Below are positions 1 to 10,197 of a stretch of DNA of 61,478 bases, in pieces (position 1 is the first letter of the stretch; the number at the start of each line of letters is the position of its first letter). The notes under the pieces are model-generated. The model was given only the letters and a program-made list of their open reading frames with translations, ran no database searches and was not told where the DNA came from. The position numbers and the translations under genes were made by a program. This DNA comes from an uncultured Arcobacter sp. (lineage in GTDB: Bacteria > Campylobacterota > Campylobacteria > Campylobacterales > Arcobacteraceae): contig CAZIES010000001.1 in NCBI GenBank assembly GCA_964538295.1, forward strand, positions 1-61,478, in the 5' to 3' direction.

Positions 1-492
1 CATGAGGTTCCAGCATATGTTATCTTTGGAGATAAAACTTTAAAGGAACTCTGCGCAAAACTTCCAATTACCCAAGAGAATTTTTTAGAAATAAATGGTG
101 TGGGGAAAGTGAGATTTGAAAAGTATGGGGATAAGTTTTTAACCCTATGTCAAGAGTTAAAGCAAGAGCATAAAGAAGCGTTAAAAAATAGAACTCCTTT
201 AAAGAAGTTAACAAAGACCTATTTAGAGACTTTAGAACTCATTGAAAGTGAAAAGACGCTTGAAGAGATAGCTCAAATACGTGATTTAGGTATAACCTCT
301 ATTCTTAGCCATATCTCACTTTTATTTGAATATAATAAAATTTCAAAAAACAAAAAAGAAGCACTTTTAGAACCTCTATATATTCCAACTGAAATAGAAC
401 AGTGGATAAAGTTAGGTTTAGAGTATGAAAGTATCAAAGAATTAAGACAATACTTGTATTTATATGAGTATTTAAGCAAGGAAAGTAATTGA
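1..492 (+). CDS. recQ: ATP-dependent DNA helicase RecQ, C-terminal fragment (HRDC domain plus helical C-terminal extension); the 5' end lies outside the window
   Basis: Frame 1 is open from base 1 ([46 protein letters not shown]...), which matches the HRDC signature (YVIFxDxTL ... GVGxxKxxxYG). The ORF track only shows the part after the internal Met at 100. TGA stop at 490-492. Confidence 0.7.
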   Translation, partial: HEVPAYVIFGDKTLKELCAKLPITQENFLEINGVGKVRFEKYGDKFLTLCQELKQEHKEALKNRTPLKKLTKTYLETLELIESEKTLEEIAQIRDLGITSILSHISLLFEYNKISKNKKEALLEPLYIPTEIEQWIKLGLEYESIKELRQYLYLYEYLSKESN

Positions 493-1352
493 AACAGTAT
501 TTAGATTTATTAGACCATATCTTAACCAAGGGTGTTAAAAAAGAGGATAGAACAGGAACAGGAACAACCTCTGTTTTTGGGTATCAGATGCGATTTGATT
601 TAAGTGAAGGCTTTCCTTTAGTAACAACTAAAAAAACGTTTTTAAAAGCAATTATCTCTGAACTATTGTGGTTTATTGAAGGTAGTACTGACGAAAGAAG
701 ACTTGCTGAGATCCATTTTGGTGAAAGCCGTGAAAATATTATTGGTAAAAAGACTGTTTGGACTGCCAATGCGGATGCACAAGGTAAAGACCTTGGATAT
801 GAAAACAGTGATACCATAAAAGAGCTTGGACCTGTTTATGGAGCGCAATGGCGTTCATGGAAAGATGCTGATGGTAAAGCAATTGACCAGCTAGCGCAAC
901 TTATTAATCAAATTAAAACTAACCCTGATTCAAGACGCATGATTTTATCAGCTTGGAACGTGGGTGAGTTAGAAAAAATGGCATTGCCACCATGTCATAC
1001 TTTTTTCCAGTTTTATGTGGCTGAGGGGAAACTCTCGTGTCAGTTGTATCAAAGAAGTGCCGATGTATTTTTAGGGGTTCCTTTTAATATCGCTTCTTAT
1101 GCACTATTAACTATGATGATTGCACAAGTGTGTGATTTAGAAGTGGGAGATTTTGTACATACCTTTGGAGATGCACATATTTATTCTAATCATTACGAAC
1201 AAGTTAATTTACAGTTAAGTCGAAAACCATTTGCTAAACCTACTATGAAAATTAATCCAGAGATTAAAAATATTGAAGATTTTAAAATGAGTGATTTTGA
1301 ATTGGTTGGATATGAATCTCATGAATCAATCAAAGCACAGATGGCAGTATAA
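489..1352 (+). CDS. thyA: Thymidylate synthase ThyA (folate-dependent)
   Basis: [43 protein letters not shown] aligns from residue 1 with canonical ThyA. Catalytic PPCH ([13 protein letters not shown]) and [16 protein letters not shown] are present. TTG start with SD AAGGAAAG upstream, overlapping the recQ stop as TTGA. Confidence 0.97.
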   Translation: MKQYLDLLDHILTKGVKKEDRTGTGTTSVFGYQMRFDLSEGFPLVTTKKTFLKAIISELLWFIEGSTDERRLAEIHFGESRENIIGKKTVWTANADAQGKDLGYENSDTIKELGPVYGAQWRSWKDADGKAIDQLAQLINQIKTNPDSRRMILSAWNVGELEKMALPPCHTFFQFYVAEGKLSCQLYQRSADVFLGVPFNIASYALLTMMIAQVCDLEVGDFVHTFGDAHIYSNHYEQVNLQLSRKPFAKPTMKINPEIKNIEDFKMSDFELVGYESHESIKAQMAV

Positions 1353-1524
1353 TTTAAAAGGCAACTCGTTGCCTTCTTTAGCATTTTGCTACTTTTAGTA
1401 GAAATTTACTTCCTGCGTTAAAAAGTAGATAGATAATATAAAAGGTTCCCTTTTAAGGTACCCTAAAAAAATGTCAATTTTTTCAGGCACCTTTTTGTGG
1501 AACACTTTTCAAGGAAAATATAAT

Positions 1525-2028
1525 ATGAAAATATCAATGATTGTAGCGTATGGAAAAAATTGGGAAATTGGTTTAAATAACCAAATGTTATGGCATATCT
1601 CTGAGGATTTTAAAAATTTTAAACAAATCACTTCAGGTCATCATATTTTAATGGGGCGAAAAACTTTTGAATCTATTGGAAAGCCACTACCAAATCGTAC
1701 TTCTTTAGTACTTACTCGTGGTAATTTTGAGCATGAAGGAGTACACACTTTTGGTGATGTTCAAAAGGCTTTTGATTTTGCACGGGCTAATGGTGAAGAA
1801 GAGTTATTTATTATTGGTGGAGCAAATATTTACGAAACACTTTTTGATTATGTTGATAAAATGTATTTAAGTGAAGTTGATTATGAGGGTGAAGCGGATG
1901 CTTATCTAAAAGAGATTGACTTTACTGCATGGGATATTGTAGAAACAAGAAGTTACGAAACAATTATTGAGAATAATAAAGTTAAAAGTCCAGCATGGAA
2001 ATTTAAAGTTTATGTTAAAAAAGACTAA
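1525..2028 (+). CDS. folA: Dihydrofolate reductase
   Basis: MKISMIVAYGKNWEIGLNNQMLWHISEDFKNFKQITSGHHILMGRKTFESIG..LPNRTSLVLTR is a typical DHFR N-terminus. I chose the ATG at 1525 (SD AAGGAAAA at 1511-1518) over the track start at 1471, which adds a non-homologous 18-aa extension. Confidence 0.9.
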   Translation: MKISMIVAYGKNWEIGLNNQMLWHISEDFKNFKQITSGHHILMGRKTFESIGKPLPNRTSLVLTRGNFEHEGVHTFGDVQKAFDFARANGEEELFIIGGANIYETLFDYVDKMYLSEVDYEGEADAYLKEIDFTAWDIVETRSYETIIENNKVKSPAWKFKVYVKKD

Positions 2029-2039
2029 AAAGATAGTCA

Positions 2040-2828
2040 ATGACTTATGAAGATATAGACTTTAATGCTTTATATATAAAGCAAAAAGAGTTAACAACGT
2101 TTAAAATGAAAAGTCAAGCAGCTTGGGATGACAAAGCTGCTTCCATGAATAAACGAGTTCATGACTCTATTTATAATGAACAATTTCTTGATTTATTAAA
2201 TACTACTGATTGTCAAACAGCACTTGATGTGGGATGTGGTGTTGGTAATTTGAGTTTACGACTGGCAACTAGTTTAGAAAAAGTATATGCCTTGGATTAC
2301 TCCTCTAACATGTTAACACTTTTAGAACAAAATGCCCAAGAAAAAGAACTGGCTAATATTTTTTTGCTGAATTACTCTTGGTATGATAGTTGGGAAGCTG
2401 TCCCTAAAGCTGATATCGTTATTGCTTCTCGATCATTAGAAGTAAAAGATATGCAAGAGGCTTTGGAAAAACTTCATAATCATGCTAAAAAACGCGTTTA
2501 TCTCTCTTATAAAGTGGGAGGAACATTTGTTTCTCAAACTATTTTAGATGTTATTCAACGCAAAGTTATTAAAAAACCTGACTATATCTATGTGCTTAAT
2601 ATTTTATATGGCATGGGAATAAATGCAAGTGTTAATTTTATTCAAAGTGAAGGGCGAAGTAGTGTTTACAGCAGTTGTGAACACTTTATACAAAGTATCG
2701 CTTGGAGTTTAGGTGAACTAACTCAAGAGGAGACTCAAAGGTTGAGAACATACTATGAAACAGATGTTAAAAATAAACAAGACAAGAGTGATTTTGTTTC
2801 GTGGGCCGTTATTTCATGGGAAGTGTGA
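2040..2828 (+). CDS. Class I SAM-dependent methyltransferase
   Basis: Motif I ALDVGCGVGNLSL followed by an acidic residue after beta-2 (VYALDYS); length 262 aa. Confidence 0.8.
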   Translation: MTYEDIDFNALYIKQKELTTFKMKSQAAWDDKAASMNKRVHDSIYNEQFLDLLNTTDCQTALDVGCGVGNLSLRLATSLEKVYALDYSSNMLTLLEQNAQEKELANIFLLNYSWYDSWEAVPKADIVIASRSLEVKDMQEALEKLHNHAKKRVYLSYKVGGTFVSQTILDVIQRKVIKKPDYIYVLNILYGMGINASVNFIQSEGRSSVYSSCEHFIQSIAWSLGELTQEETQRLRTYYETDVKNKQDKSDFVSWAVISWEV

Positions 2829-2858
2829 GAGGCAAAAGCCTCTCGGTGATTTTATTTT
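2827..2858 (+). terminator. Rho-independent-type terminator after the methyltransferase gene
   Basis: Hairpin gagaggc-aaaa-gcctctc (2827-2844) overlaps the TGA stop and is followed by ggtgaTTTTATTTT. Confidence 0.55.
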
Positions 2859-2884
2859 AAAATAAGGCGTGCCCGTCGGGCACG
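2851..2884 (-). terminator. Rho-independent terminator of the glycosyltransferase gene (shares the A/T tract with the + strand terminator)
   Basis: GC-rich hairpin cgtgccc-gtc-gggcacg (2868-2884) starts 4 nt after the minus-strand stop. On the minus strand it is followed by ccUUAUUUUAAAAUAAA. Confidence 0.65.
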
Positions 2885-2888
2885 GTTC

Positions 2889-3998
2889 TTATAGACTATC
2901 TAATGTTTTTGCTAACTTACTAGCAATATTTTTGTAGTTTCGAATTTCTAGTAATCTTTGTTGACCTTTTACTCCAACTTCAGCTACTTCTTCTTTGCTT
3001 AAATTAATGATATACTCAAGTTTTTCTTGAATTGACTCTTTGGTAAATTTACAAAACCATGCGTCATAATCATCAGTAAAGAGTGTATTATTGTTGGCAT
3101 TATTTGTCATAATACAAGGAACTGCTGATGAGTAATAATCTAAGATTTTAACAGGTGTTGAGGTGTTAAATAGTGCAATATCAGGTAGTGCTGATACGGT
3201 TACATCTGCTGCAGCGATTAAGTCAAGTAATTCATCTCGTGTTCGTGCATTATGGATTTCTACTTTTCCTTTTAAGCTATCGTAATTATTGATAATCTCT
3301 TGAGCATATTCTGGATCTTTTGTAGAGATAGTTAATTTCCACTTATCACTTCGTACATCATTAAACGCATCAAGTACTTTATCAAACTCTCTTAGTTTAT
3401 CTAATGTTCCTGCATAAAAAAATCGTGTCTCTTCCCCATCATGTTGGATGTTATCATGTAAAATATCTGGGTCAATTGCTGGAGGACAAATAAATGTTTT
3501 AGCAGTTACCCCTTCAAAAAACTCTTCATGCATTCGTTCTGATGTTGGTAAAAACAGATCACATTCATTGATTAAGTTTGTTTCAGAGTATGTTTTAATT
3601 TTGTTGTTTAATACATCTAAGAAACCAGCTTTATTGTTTGCTTGATCAACTTGCATTTGTGCTCGACGTTTTGGGAAAGAGAGTCTGTAACCCACTTTAA
3701 AGTCAAATCGCTCTTGCGTTTTTAAAACAGACTTTAACACTTTTCCTGTATTTCTTACAACTACATATGCAAATTGGCTTACATCAATATCGTGCTTAAT
3801 AAGCTCTTCTAAAATATTACCTTTGTATCCATCTGGAACGATAATATTGCTTCCTTTGATTTCAATATCTGACTTAAATTCAGAGAAATATACGATTGTA
3901 ACGTCAAAATACTCTTTGAGATATTTTTCAAATAGTGGACCAATAAAACTATGGTCACTGTACTCTACTTGGTCTGTGATGTATAAAAACTTCTTCAT
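2889..3998 (-). CDS. Glycosyltransferase (GT-B fold, family 1/4-like)
   Basis: 369 aa. The C-terminal half has the GT-B donor-binding pattern (FFYAGTLDKLREFDKVL ... SALPDIALFNTSTPVKILDYYSSAVPCI). No neighbouring polysaccharide genes. Confidence 0.65.
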   Translation of the reverse strand: MKKFLYITDQVEYSDHSFIGPLFEKYLKEYFDVTIVYFSEFKSDIEIKGSNIIVPDGYKGNILEELIKHDIDVSQFAYVVVRNTGKVLKSVLKTQERFDFKVGYRLSFPKRRAQMQVDQANNKAGFLDVLNNKIKTYSETNLINECDLFLPTSERMHEEFFEGVTAKTFICPPAIDPDILHDNIQHDGEETRFFYAGTLDKLREFDKVLDAFNDVRSDKWKLTISTKDPEYAQEIINNYDSLKGKVEIHNARTRDELLDLIAAADVTVSALPDIALFNTSTPVKILDYYSSAVPCIMTNNANNNTLFTDDYDAWFCKFTKESIQEKLEYIINLSKEEVAEVGVKGQQRLLEIRNYKNIASKLAKTLDSL

Positions 3999-4240
3999 CT
4001 ATGCTCTCCCTTTTTCAATATTTATAAAATTATAAGCTACAATAGTTGCAAAAACAAAGCATTGAAAAATATTTTAATGTTTTTAAAACTATTTTTATAC
4101 AACTTAATCATAGATGAATATTTTTATTAAAATTATATAGTTTTTATTATTTAAAAAAATGTCGTTAAAATAGCTATATAACTTGATTTTAAAAATTATT
4201 TATGCTTTAATAATTTAATATCTATTGAAAGGTTATTAAG

Positions 4241-4534
4241 ATGAAAGCAGATATAAATTATTTTAAAAGCTTTGAAGAGTTTCTTACAAGTCATTTATCT
4301 TTGAAGTTTTATCCTCTTTCATATTTACATTTATTTTATAATAATAGATTATATAACAAGAATTTACTCTTTTTTGATATTGAAGCAATAAAAGAAATAC
4401 TATTTATAAAAACTACTAATGATTCTTTTTTAAATATGCAACTTGCTATAACTTTTGTTGGCAAGATGAAAAAGGAAGAGAAAAAGTCTATTTTTTCATA
4501 CAAAAAGATGATTGAAGGTGAAATATGCGCTTAA
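4241..4534 (+). CDS. Hypothetical protein, translationally coupled to the downstream kinase
   Basis: 97-aa ORF that overlaps the next gene by 10 nt. No recognisable motif. Confidence 0.45.
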   Translation: MKADINYFKSFEEFLTSHLSLKFYPLSYLHLFYNNRLYNKNLLFFDIEAIKEILFIKTTNDSFLNMQLAITFVGKMKKEEKKSIFSYKKMIEGEICA

Positions 4535-5733
4535 ATGAACTTTCAATGTCTTATAAATGTCATGCTTCTATTGGTAATAGTTTAAAACTTGAAGAGATGA
4601 TATGTGAAGTTTTAAAAACTTTTATTATAGAAACAGATGCCATTTATGGTTGTTTTTACAAAAATGATGATGTTGTTTTGAAAATAGTTGAAGTGGGTAA
4701 AAGTATTATTTCTGATATTGATACCTTTATAGATTGTAATGATGATAAAATTTTAAAAAAAGCGTTAGACCATGATTTTAATCTTTTAGTTTATGGACTT
4801 GAAAAAGGAATATTACTTTTTATTTATGATAAAAGTATTGATTTAGACTTTATTATTTCTATGTATGAAAGTTTTCGTAAAAAACTTAATATCAGTATCA
4901 ATTCATGTATCAACGTAGAGTGTTTGGAAGATAAAAATCGTCAACTTAAAACCTTAACTTCTAATTTACAGGTGGAAATTGAAAAAGCAGTTGAAGAGAA
5001 TAAGCTTAAAGAAAAACAGATTTTTGAACAACTAAAAATGGCACAAATGGGTGAGTTAATAGGTAATATTGCCCACCAATGGCGTCAACCACTTAGTATT
5101 ATTTCCACAGCTTCAAGTGGAATGAAGTTAAAAAAAGAGCTTAATATTTTAACGGATCAAGATTTTTTTCATTATGCTGATAGCATAACTAAAAATGTCC
5201 ACTTTTTATCCGATACAATAGATGAGTTCAGAGACTATATCAATGATTCTCACCGCTTACGAGAGGTGGTTATTCAAGATCGTATTAAAATGGCATTACG
5301 TTTAGTGGAATCCTCTTTTGAATTGGCTAAAATTGAAATCATTGAAGAGCATACTGAATCTGAACCAATTCGTTTTCGTTTAGTTATAGGAAAACTATTG
5401 CAAGTATTGATTTCTATTTTAAATAATGCACGAGAAGCCTTAAGTAATAGTGATAAAACGCATAAGTGGCTTAAATACTCTGTCTATAAAAACGAGTACA
5501 ATATTGTTATTACCATTGAAGATAATGGTGGAGGTATTGATGAATCTATTATTGATAAAATTTTTAATCCATACTTTACAACAAAACATCAAAGTCAAGG
5601 TACAGGTATAGGGTTGTATTCAAGTTACGATATTATTACTAATCATTTAGGTGGAAGATTTTATGTGCAAAATAGTGAACATGGAGCAAAGTTTTTTATT
5701 GAATTACCTATTGTTGCAAATTATAGTATATAA
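4525..5733 (+). CDS. Sensor histidine kinase, cytoplasmic, AHQWRQPLS-type H-box
   Basis: H-box MAQMGELIGNIAHQWRQPLSIIS (His codon 5074-5076). N-box LLQVLISILNNAREAL, G1 EDNGGGI, G2 GTGIGLY. ATG preceded by SD GAAGGTGA. Confidence 0.88.
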   Translation: MRLNELSMSYKCHASIGNSLKLEEMICEVLKTFIIETDAIYGCFYKNDDVVLKIVEVGKSIISDIDTFIDCNDDKILKKALDHDFNLLVYGLEKGILLFIYDKSIDLDFIISMYESFRKKLNISINSCINVECLEDKNRQLKTLTSNLQVEIEKAVEENKLKEKQIFEQLKMAQMGELIGNIAHQWRQPLSIISTASSGMKLKKELNILTDQDFFHYADSITKNVHFLSDTIDEFRDYINDSHRLREVVIQDRIKMALRLVESSFELAKIEIIEEHTESEPIRFRLVIGKLLQVLISILNNAREALSNSDKTHKWLKYSVYKNEYNIVITIEDNGGGIDESIIDKIFNPYFTTKHQSQGTGIGLYSSYDIITNHLGGRFYVQNSEHGAKFFIELPIVANYSI

Positions 5734-5797
5734 GGTAATAATTGCTTTTTAGGATAAGTTAAATTTTGTTAATATTATAGTAATGAGGATTTAAAAT

Positions 5798-6958
5798 ATG
5801 AAAAATGTAATATTTTTTATAGCTTTTATTTTTTTGATATTAATATATTTTTTTATTAACAAAGAAGAGGTTATTGGTGACAAGGTTTTACTTGGACAAA
5901 GTTGTGCATTAAGTGGACCTGCAAAACAGCTTGGTCAACGAATGTCAAAAGGTGCAAGTGCATATTTTTTATATGTTAATAGTCAAGGTGGTATTCATGG
6001 CAGAACAGTTCACCTAGAAACAATGGATGACTTTTATGAACCTGAATATGCTAAAAAGAATACCTTACATTTAATTACACAGAAAAATATTTTTGCTTTA
6101 TTTGGTGAGGTTGGTACTCCTACATCTAAAGTCGCACTTCCTATTGCCAAAGAGTATAATATCCCCTTTTTATTTCCTTTTACTGGTGCAGAGTTTTTAC
6201 GTAACCCTGCAGAGTCTTTGATTATCAATTTAAGAAATAGTTATTATGCAGAAACGGATGCCTTAGTTCAATTTTTAGCTGCTAAAAAAAAGGTAAAAAG
6301 AATTGCTGTTTTTTATCAAAATGATAGCTACGGAAAAGCAGGTTTGCAAGGGGTGAAACTTGCTACAAAAAAATTGGGTTTAGAGATTGTAGCACAAGGG
6401 CGTTATCGTAGAAATACACTATCTTATAGAAATGCATTTTATAATATCAAAGCATCAAATCCTGATGCAATTATTATGATTGGTGCGTATAAACCTGTAT
6501 CTCAATTTATAAAGTTGGCAAAAAAAGAGGGGATGCAAGATACACTGTTTTGTAATATCTCTTTTGTTGGAAGCGATGCTTTAGTAAAAGAACTTGATGG
6601 AAAGACACAGAATGTAATTATTTCGCAAGTAGTACCTTTAGCTTGGGATGCTTCTTCAAATGCTTCAATTAAAGAGTATCAAGAGATTTTTTCATACTAT
6701 TTCCCTGGAGAAGCTTATGATTTTATTTCTTTAGAGGGTTTTTTATCTGCTAAGCTTGTTGTAAAAGCACTGCACAAAGCAGGAAAAGAACTCACTCGAG
6801 AAGGTTTTATGAAGAGTTTTGAGCAGTTAAGTCCTAATAGTTTAGAAGGACTTTCAATATCTCTTTCAAATCAAGATAGAGAAGCTTTGGATAGAGTCTA
6901 TATTACAGATTTTTATGAAGGAAAATTTCGTTTACTTGAAGAGGTGGTTGTTCAATGA
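5798..6958 (+). CDS. Periplasmic substrate-binding protein, type I (Leu/Ile/Val-binding-like) fold
   Basis: N-terminal signal/anchor helix, then LLGQSCALSGPAKQLGQRMSKGASAYF..VNSQGGIHGR...DDFYEP, typical of LivJ/amide-binding PBPs. No ABC permease or ATPase genes nearby. Confidence 0.8.
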   Translation: MKNVIFFIAFIFLILIYFFINKEEVIGDKVLLGQSCALSGPAKQLGQRMSKGASAYFLYVNSQGGIHGRTVHLETMDDFYEPEYAKKNTLHLITQKNIFALFGEVGTPTSKVALPIAKEYNIPFLFPFTGAEFLRNPAESLIINLRNSYYAETDALVQFLAAKKKVKRIAVFYQNDSYGKAGLQGVKLATKKLGLEIVAQGRYRRNTLSYRNAFYNIKASNPDAIIMIGAYKPVSQFIKLAKKEGMQDTLFCNISFVGSDALVKELDGKTQNVIISQVVPLAWDASSNASIKEYQEIFSYYFPGEAYDFISLEGFLSAKLVVKALHKAGKELTREGFMKSFEQLSPNSLEGLSISLSNQDREALDRVYITDFYEGKFRLLEEVVVQ

Positions 6959-9900
6959 AGTTTTTTACTAAAGATTATTTAAAAGAACTCTCTTTATCTA
7001 AACAGATTCGACTTATATTTATATTAATAAGTCTGTTTATCGTTACCCTTCTTTTAGGTAGTTTTATCTTTATATCATCTTCGCAACAAGAGTTTAATAA
7101 GGCATATAATCAACATGCACTTCCATTAAAGGATTTAAACGAAATTAGAAATATTTTTGGTATTAATATTTTAGACACCATTAATGAAATGAATGAAGGA
7201 CATATCTCTCAAGAAGATGCTAAAGAGGTGTTGATTCTTGCCAATAAGCTTTTATCCAAAGCTTGGTATGATTATAAATCCAAAGATCATACCCATGTAA
7301 AAAATAGTGTAGAGGGAGCAAAAAAAGAGAAAAATTTTGTGAAATTACAAGATATTTTAAATAATCTTATTGAAGCAATGGAGCTAGAGAATAATCAAAG
7401 AGTCCAAAGAATTATTTCAGAAAATTTATATCCTCATATTATTACTATTAATAATCATATTGATGATTTACTTGAAGAAGATATAGAAAATATAAAAGAT
7501 ACGATTACCCTATCAGAGAAAAATTTTAAAAATCTCACGTATTTTATTTTGCCACTGATTGTGGTAGGAATTATTATATTTATAAAATATATTCGAACAT
7601 TTCTTTTAAATATACAAACAATATCCATCGAACTAAAAGAACTTAATGAAAATTTAGAACAAAAAGTACAGGAACGAACGAAGGAACAAGAGAGTCTACT
7701 CTCTCTTTTTGAAAAAGGTGATTCAGTCTTATTTCGATGGAATAATGATGAGGTATGGAGTGTTGATTATGTATCCTCTAATGTTTGTAATCTTATGGGA
7801 TATGATAAGGAAGATTTTTTAAATAATTCAGTTGATTACGCAAGTTGTATTCATAAAGATGATCTTGAACAAGTTATTAAAGAGGTCGAAGATGGAGCAA
7901 GAAAGAACCATGATTTTAATAAGCATAAGCCTTATCGAATTATTACAAAAGAGGGTAAGACTAAATGGGTTCTGGAATATAATGCTTTGATTAAAAATGA
8001 GAAAGGAGAGACCGTTTATTTTCTAGGTTATATTCTAGATATTACTGCAAATCATGAGATTCAAAAAGAGCTTGAAAAACAGAAAGAAGCAGCTGAAGCA
8101 GCAACGAAAGCCAAGAGTTATTTCCTCGCTAATATGTCCCATGAAATACGAACTCCTATGAATGGTATTTTGGGAATGAGTTATTTGGCTTTAAAAACAG
8201 AGCTTGATGAGAAACAAAGAAACTACTTAAATAAGATTAATGATTCTGCAAATACTCTTCTTGGAATTATTAATGATATTCTTGATATTAGTAAAATAGA
8301 AGCAGGAAAACTGCAAATTGAAAAATCAAATTTTGATTTATTTAAAACAATTGAGAGTGTGATTAATCTTATTGAGATTAAGGCAAATGAAAAAAGACTC
8401 GATGTCGTTGTAGACTACTATCCTGAAATAGGAAAAGATTTTTATGGAGATAGTTTAAGAATTAACCAAATACTTGTGAATTTATTATCAAATGCAGTGA
8501 AGTTTACTGATGATGGAGAGATAGGTCTTGTTGTTAAGTATAGTGACGACAGTAAGCGGATTAGGTTTGAAATAAGTGACACTGGTATTGGTATGACAGA
8601 GGAACAAATTAAGAGGGTATTTGAATCCTTTACTCAAGCAGATGCCACAACAACAAAAAAATATGGAGGAACAGGTCTAGGCTTATCCATTACAAAACAA
8701 CTTGTAGAATTAATGAATGGTAATGTAAATATAAAAAGTGAACTTGGTGTAGGAACAACCTTTATTTTTGAAATAGAACTTCAGCCACTTGAAAGAACGC
8801 AACAATATACAATTTTTAAAGGCAAAAAGGCTTTAGTTGTAGATGATTGTCAAAGTTGGCTTGGCATACTTGATCATTTAATGCACTCTTTTGGTTTAGA
8901 AATAGATATGGCACACAGTGGTAAAGAGGCTATTGAAATTCTTAGAAATGAGCCTGATAAATATGATTTAATTTTAATAGATTGGAATATGCCTGAACTT
9001 GATGGTATTGAAACGTGTAAAATCATACACAATGAACTTCATATTGATACTAAAAAGATTATATTAATTAGTGCATATACTGAAGTGACATTAGCACAAG
9101 GTATTAAAGAAGCTAAGATAGATAGATATATTCACAAGCCAATCAATCCTTCAATTCTCAATGATATGTTAAATGAGATTTTTTTAGGGAAAATTAATAG
9201 TGAAAAAATAGAAAAAACTAATAATAAAAATCATTTACATGAGAAAATAAAAACGCTTAAGGGAAGTAAGATACTCTTGGCTGAAGATAATGAAATTAAT
9301 CAAGAGATAATTATTGATTTATTAGCTGAAAGTGGTATTATAATTGATATTGCATCAAATGGTTTTGAAGCTTTTAAAAAGGTTGAAGAGAATGAATATG
9401 AACTAATTTTGATGGATATTCAAATGCCAATACTGGATGGTTATAAAGCTACACAAATGATAAGAGAAAAAAATAGAACGCTTCCAATTATTGCATTAAC
9501 AGCAAATGCAATGAAAGAAGATGTCATCAAGACAAAAGATGTTGGTATGAATAAGCATTTAAATAAACCAATTGAGATTGAAAAGTTATTTGAAACCTTA
9601 TTGGAATTTATACCTCAAAAAGTGAAAATGAAAGAACAGCTTGAAATACTTTTTTCACAAGAAGAAGATACTCTTCCTGATTTTGAAACGATTGATAAAA
9701 AATACGCACTCAAACTTCTTCTTGGTAATGAAAAAGCATTCCTAACAATTTTAAAAGGGTTACTAAAATACAAAGATATAGCGTTCGAAACACTTGATAA
9801 TGATGAAGTAAAACGCGTATTTCACTCTTTAAAAGGATTAAGTGCTAGTGCTGGAGCTAAAGAATTGAGTAAATTAGCAGAAGAGATAGAGCAAACGTTA

Positions 9901-10197
9901 GATACTTCATTAGTTCCTTTATTTGAGAAGAAATTTGCATTGATTATTAATGAACTAGAATCAAAGCTTTTTAACATTAAAGTTCAAAAAAAAGAGGATA
10001 TCCCCAAAGAGAAACGGGATAGACTTTTCAAAGATTTAAAAGAGGCAGTAGCTTCAAAGAAAATAAAAAGAGTTCAACCTTTAATCAAAGAGATAGAAAC
10101 GTGTAATCTTAATCAAAAGGATGCAGAGTTATTTCAAGAGATTAAAAAATTGGTTGAAAACTATAAATTTAAACAAGCGATGGTGTTGTTTTCATGA
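6955..10197 (+). CDS. Hybrid sensor histidine kinase (2 TM periplasmic sensor, PAS, HisKA, HATPase, REC, REC, Hpt)
   Basis: Classical H-box FLANMSHEIRTPMNGILG (His 8150-8152). N/G boxes NLLSNAVKFT, DTGIGM, GGTGLGLSI. Two receiver domains (LILIDWNMPELDG and LILMDIQMPILDG). Hpt signature FHSLKGLSASAGA. ATGA overlap with the PBP gene. Confidence 0.95.
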   Translation: MKFFTKDYLKELSLSKQIRLIFILISLFIVTLLLGSFIFISSSQQEFNKAYNQHALPLKDLNEIRNIFGINILDTINEMNEGHISQEDAKEVLILANKLLSKAWYDYKSKDHTHVKNSVEGAKKEKNFVKLQDILNNLIEAMELENNQRVQRIISENLYPHIITINNHIDDLLEEDIENIKDTITLSEKNFKNLTYFILPLIVVGIIIFIKYIRTFLLNIQTISIELKELNENLEQKVQERTKEQESLLSLFEKGDSVLFRWNNDEVWSVDYVSSNVCNLMGYDKEDFLNNSVDYASCIHKDDLEQVIKEVEDGARKNHDFNKHKPYRIITKEGKTKWVLEYNALIKNEKGETVYFLGYILDITANHEIQKELEKQKEAAEAATKAKSYFLANMSHEIRTPMNGILGMSYLALKTELDEKQRNYLNKINDSANTLLGIINDILDISKIEAGKLQIEKSNFDLFKTIESVINLIEIKANEKRLDVVVDYYPEIGKDFYGDSLRINQILVNLLSNAVKFTDDGEIGLVVKYSDDSKRIRFEISDTGIGMTEEQIKRVFESFTQADATTTKKYGGTGLGLSITKQLVELMNGNVNIKSELGVGTTFIFEIELQPLERTQQYTIFKGKKALVVDDCQSWLGILDHLMHSFGLEIDMAHSGKEAIEILRNEPDKYDLILIDWNMPELDGIETCKIIHNELHIDTKKIILISAYTEVTLAQGIKEAKIDRYIHKPINPSILNDMLNEIFLGKINSEKIEKTNNKNHLHEKIKTLKGSKILLAEDNEINQEIIIDLLAESGIIIDIASNGFEAFKKVEENEYELILMDIQMPILDGYKATQMIREKNRTLPIIALTANAMKEDVIKTKDVGMNKHLNKPIEIEKLFETLLEFIPQKVKMKEQLEILFSQEEDTLPDFETIDKKYALKLLLGNEKAFLTILKGLLKYKDIAFETLDNDEVKRVFHSLKGLSASAGAKELSKLAEEIEQTLDTSLVPLFEKKFALIINELESKLFNIKVQKKEDIPKEKRDRLFKDLKEAVASKKIKRVQPLIKEIETCNLNQKDAELFQEIKKLVENYKFKQAMVLFS

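Noticed and set aside
1385-1415. ctacttttagtagaa in the thyA-folA spacer superficially resembles the CTACY-N4-GGTAG Rrf2-type repeat.
   Set aside because: The arm sequence (agtag versus ggtag) and the spacing differ, and the flanking AATA...AATT context is missing. This is likely a chance palindrome in AT-rich DNA.
4241-5733. Possibility that the 97-aa ORF and the kinase at 4525 are one gene broken by a frameshift (pseudogene).
   Set aside because: The kinase ATG at 4525 is preceded at proper spacing by GAAGGTGA. The 10-nt overlap looks like ordinary translational coupling, and no kinase-like sequence continues across the junction in the other frame.
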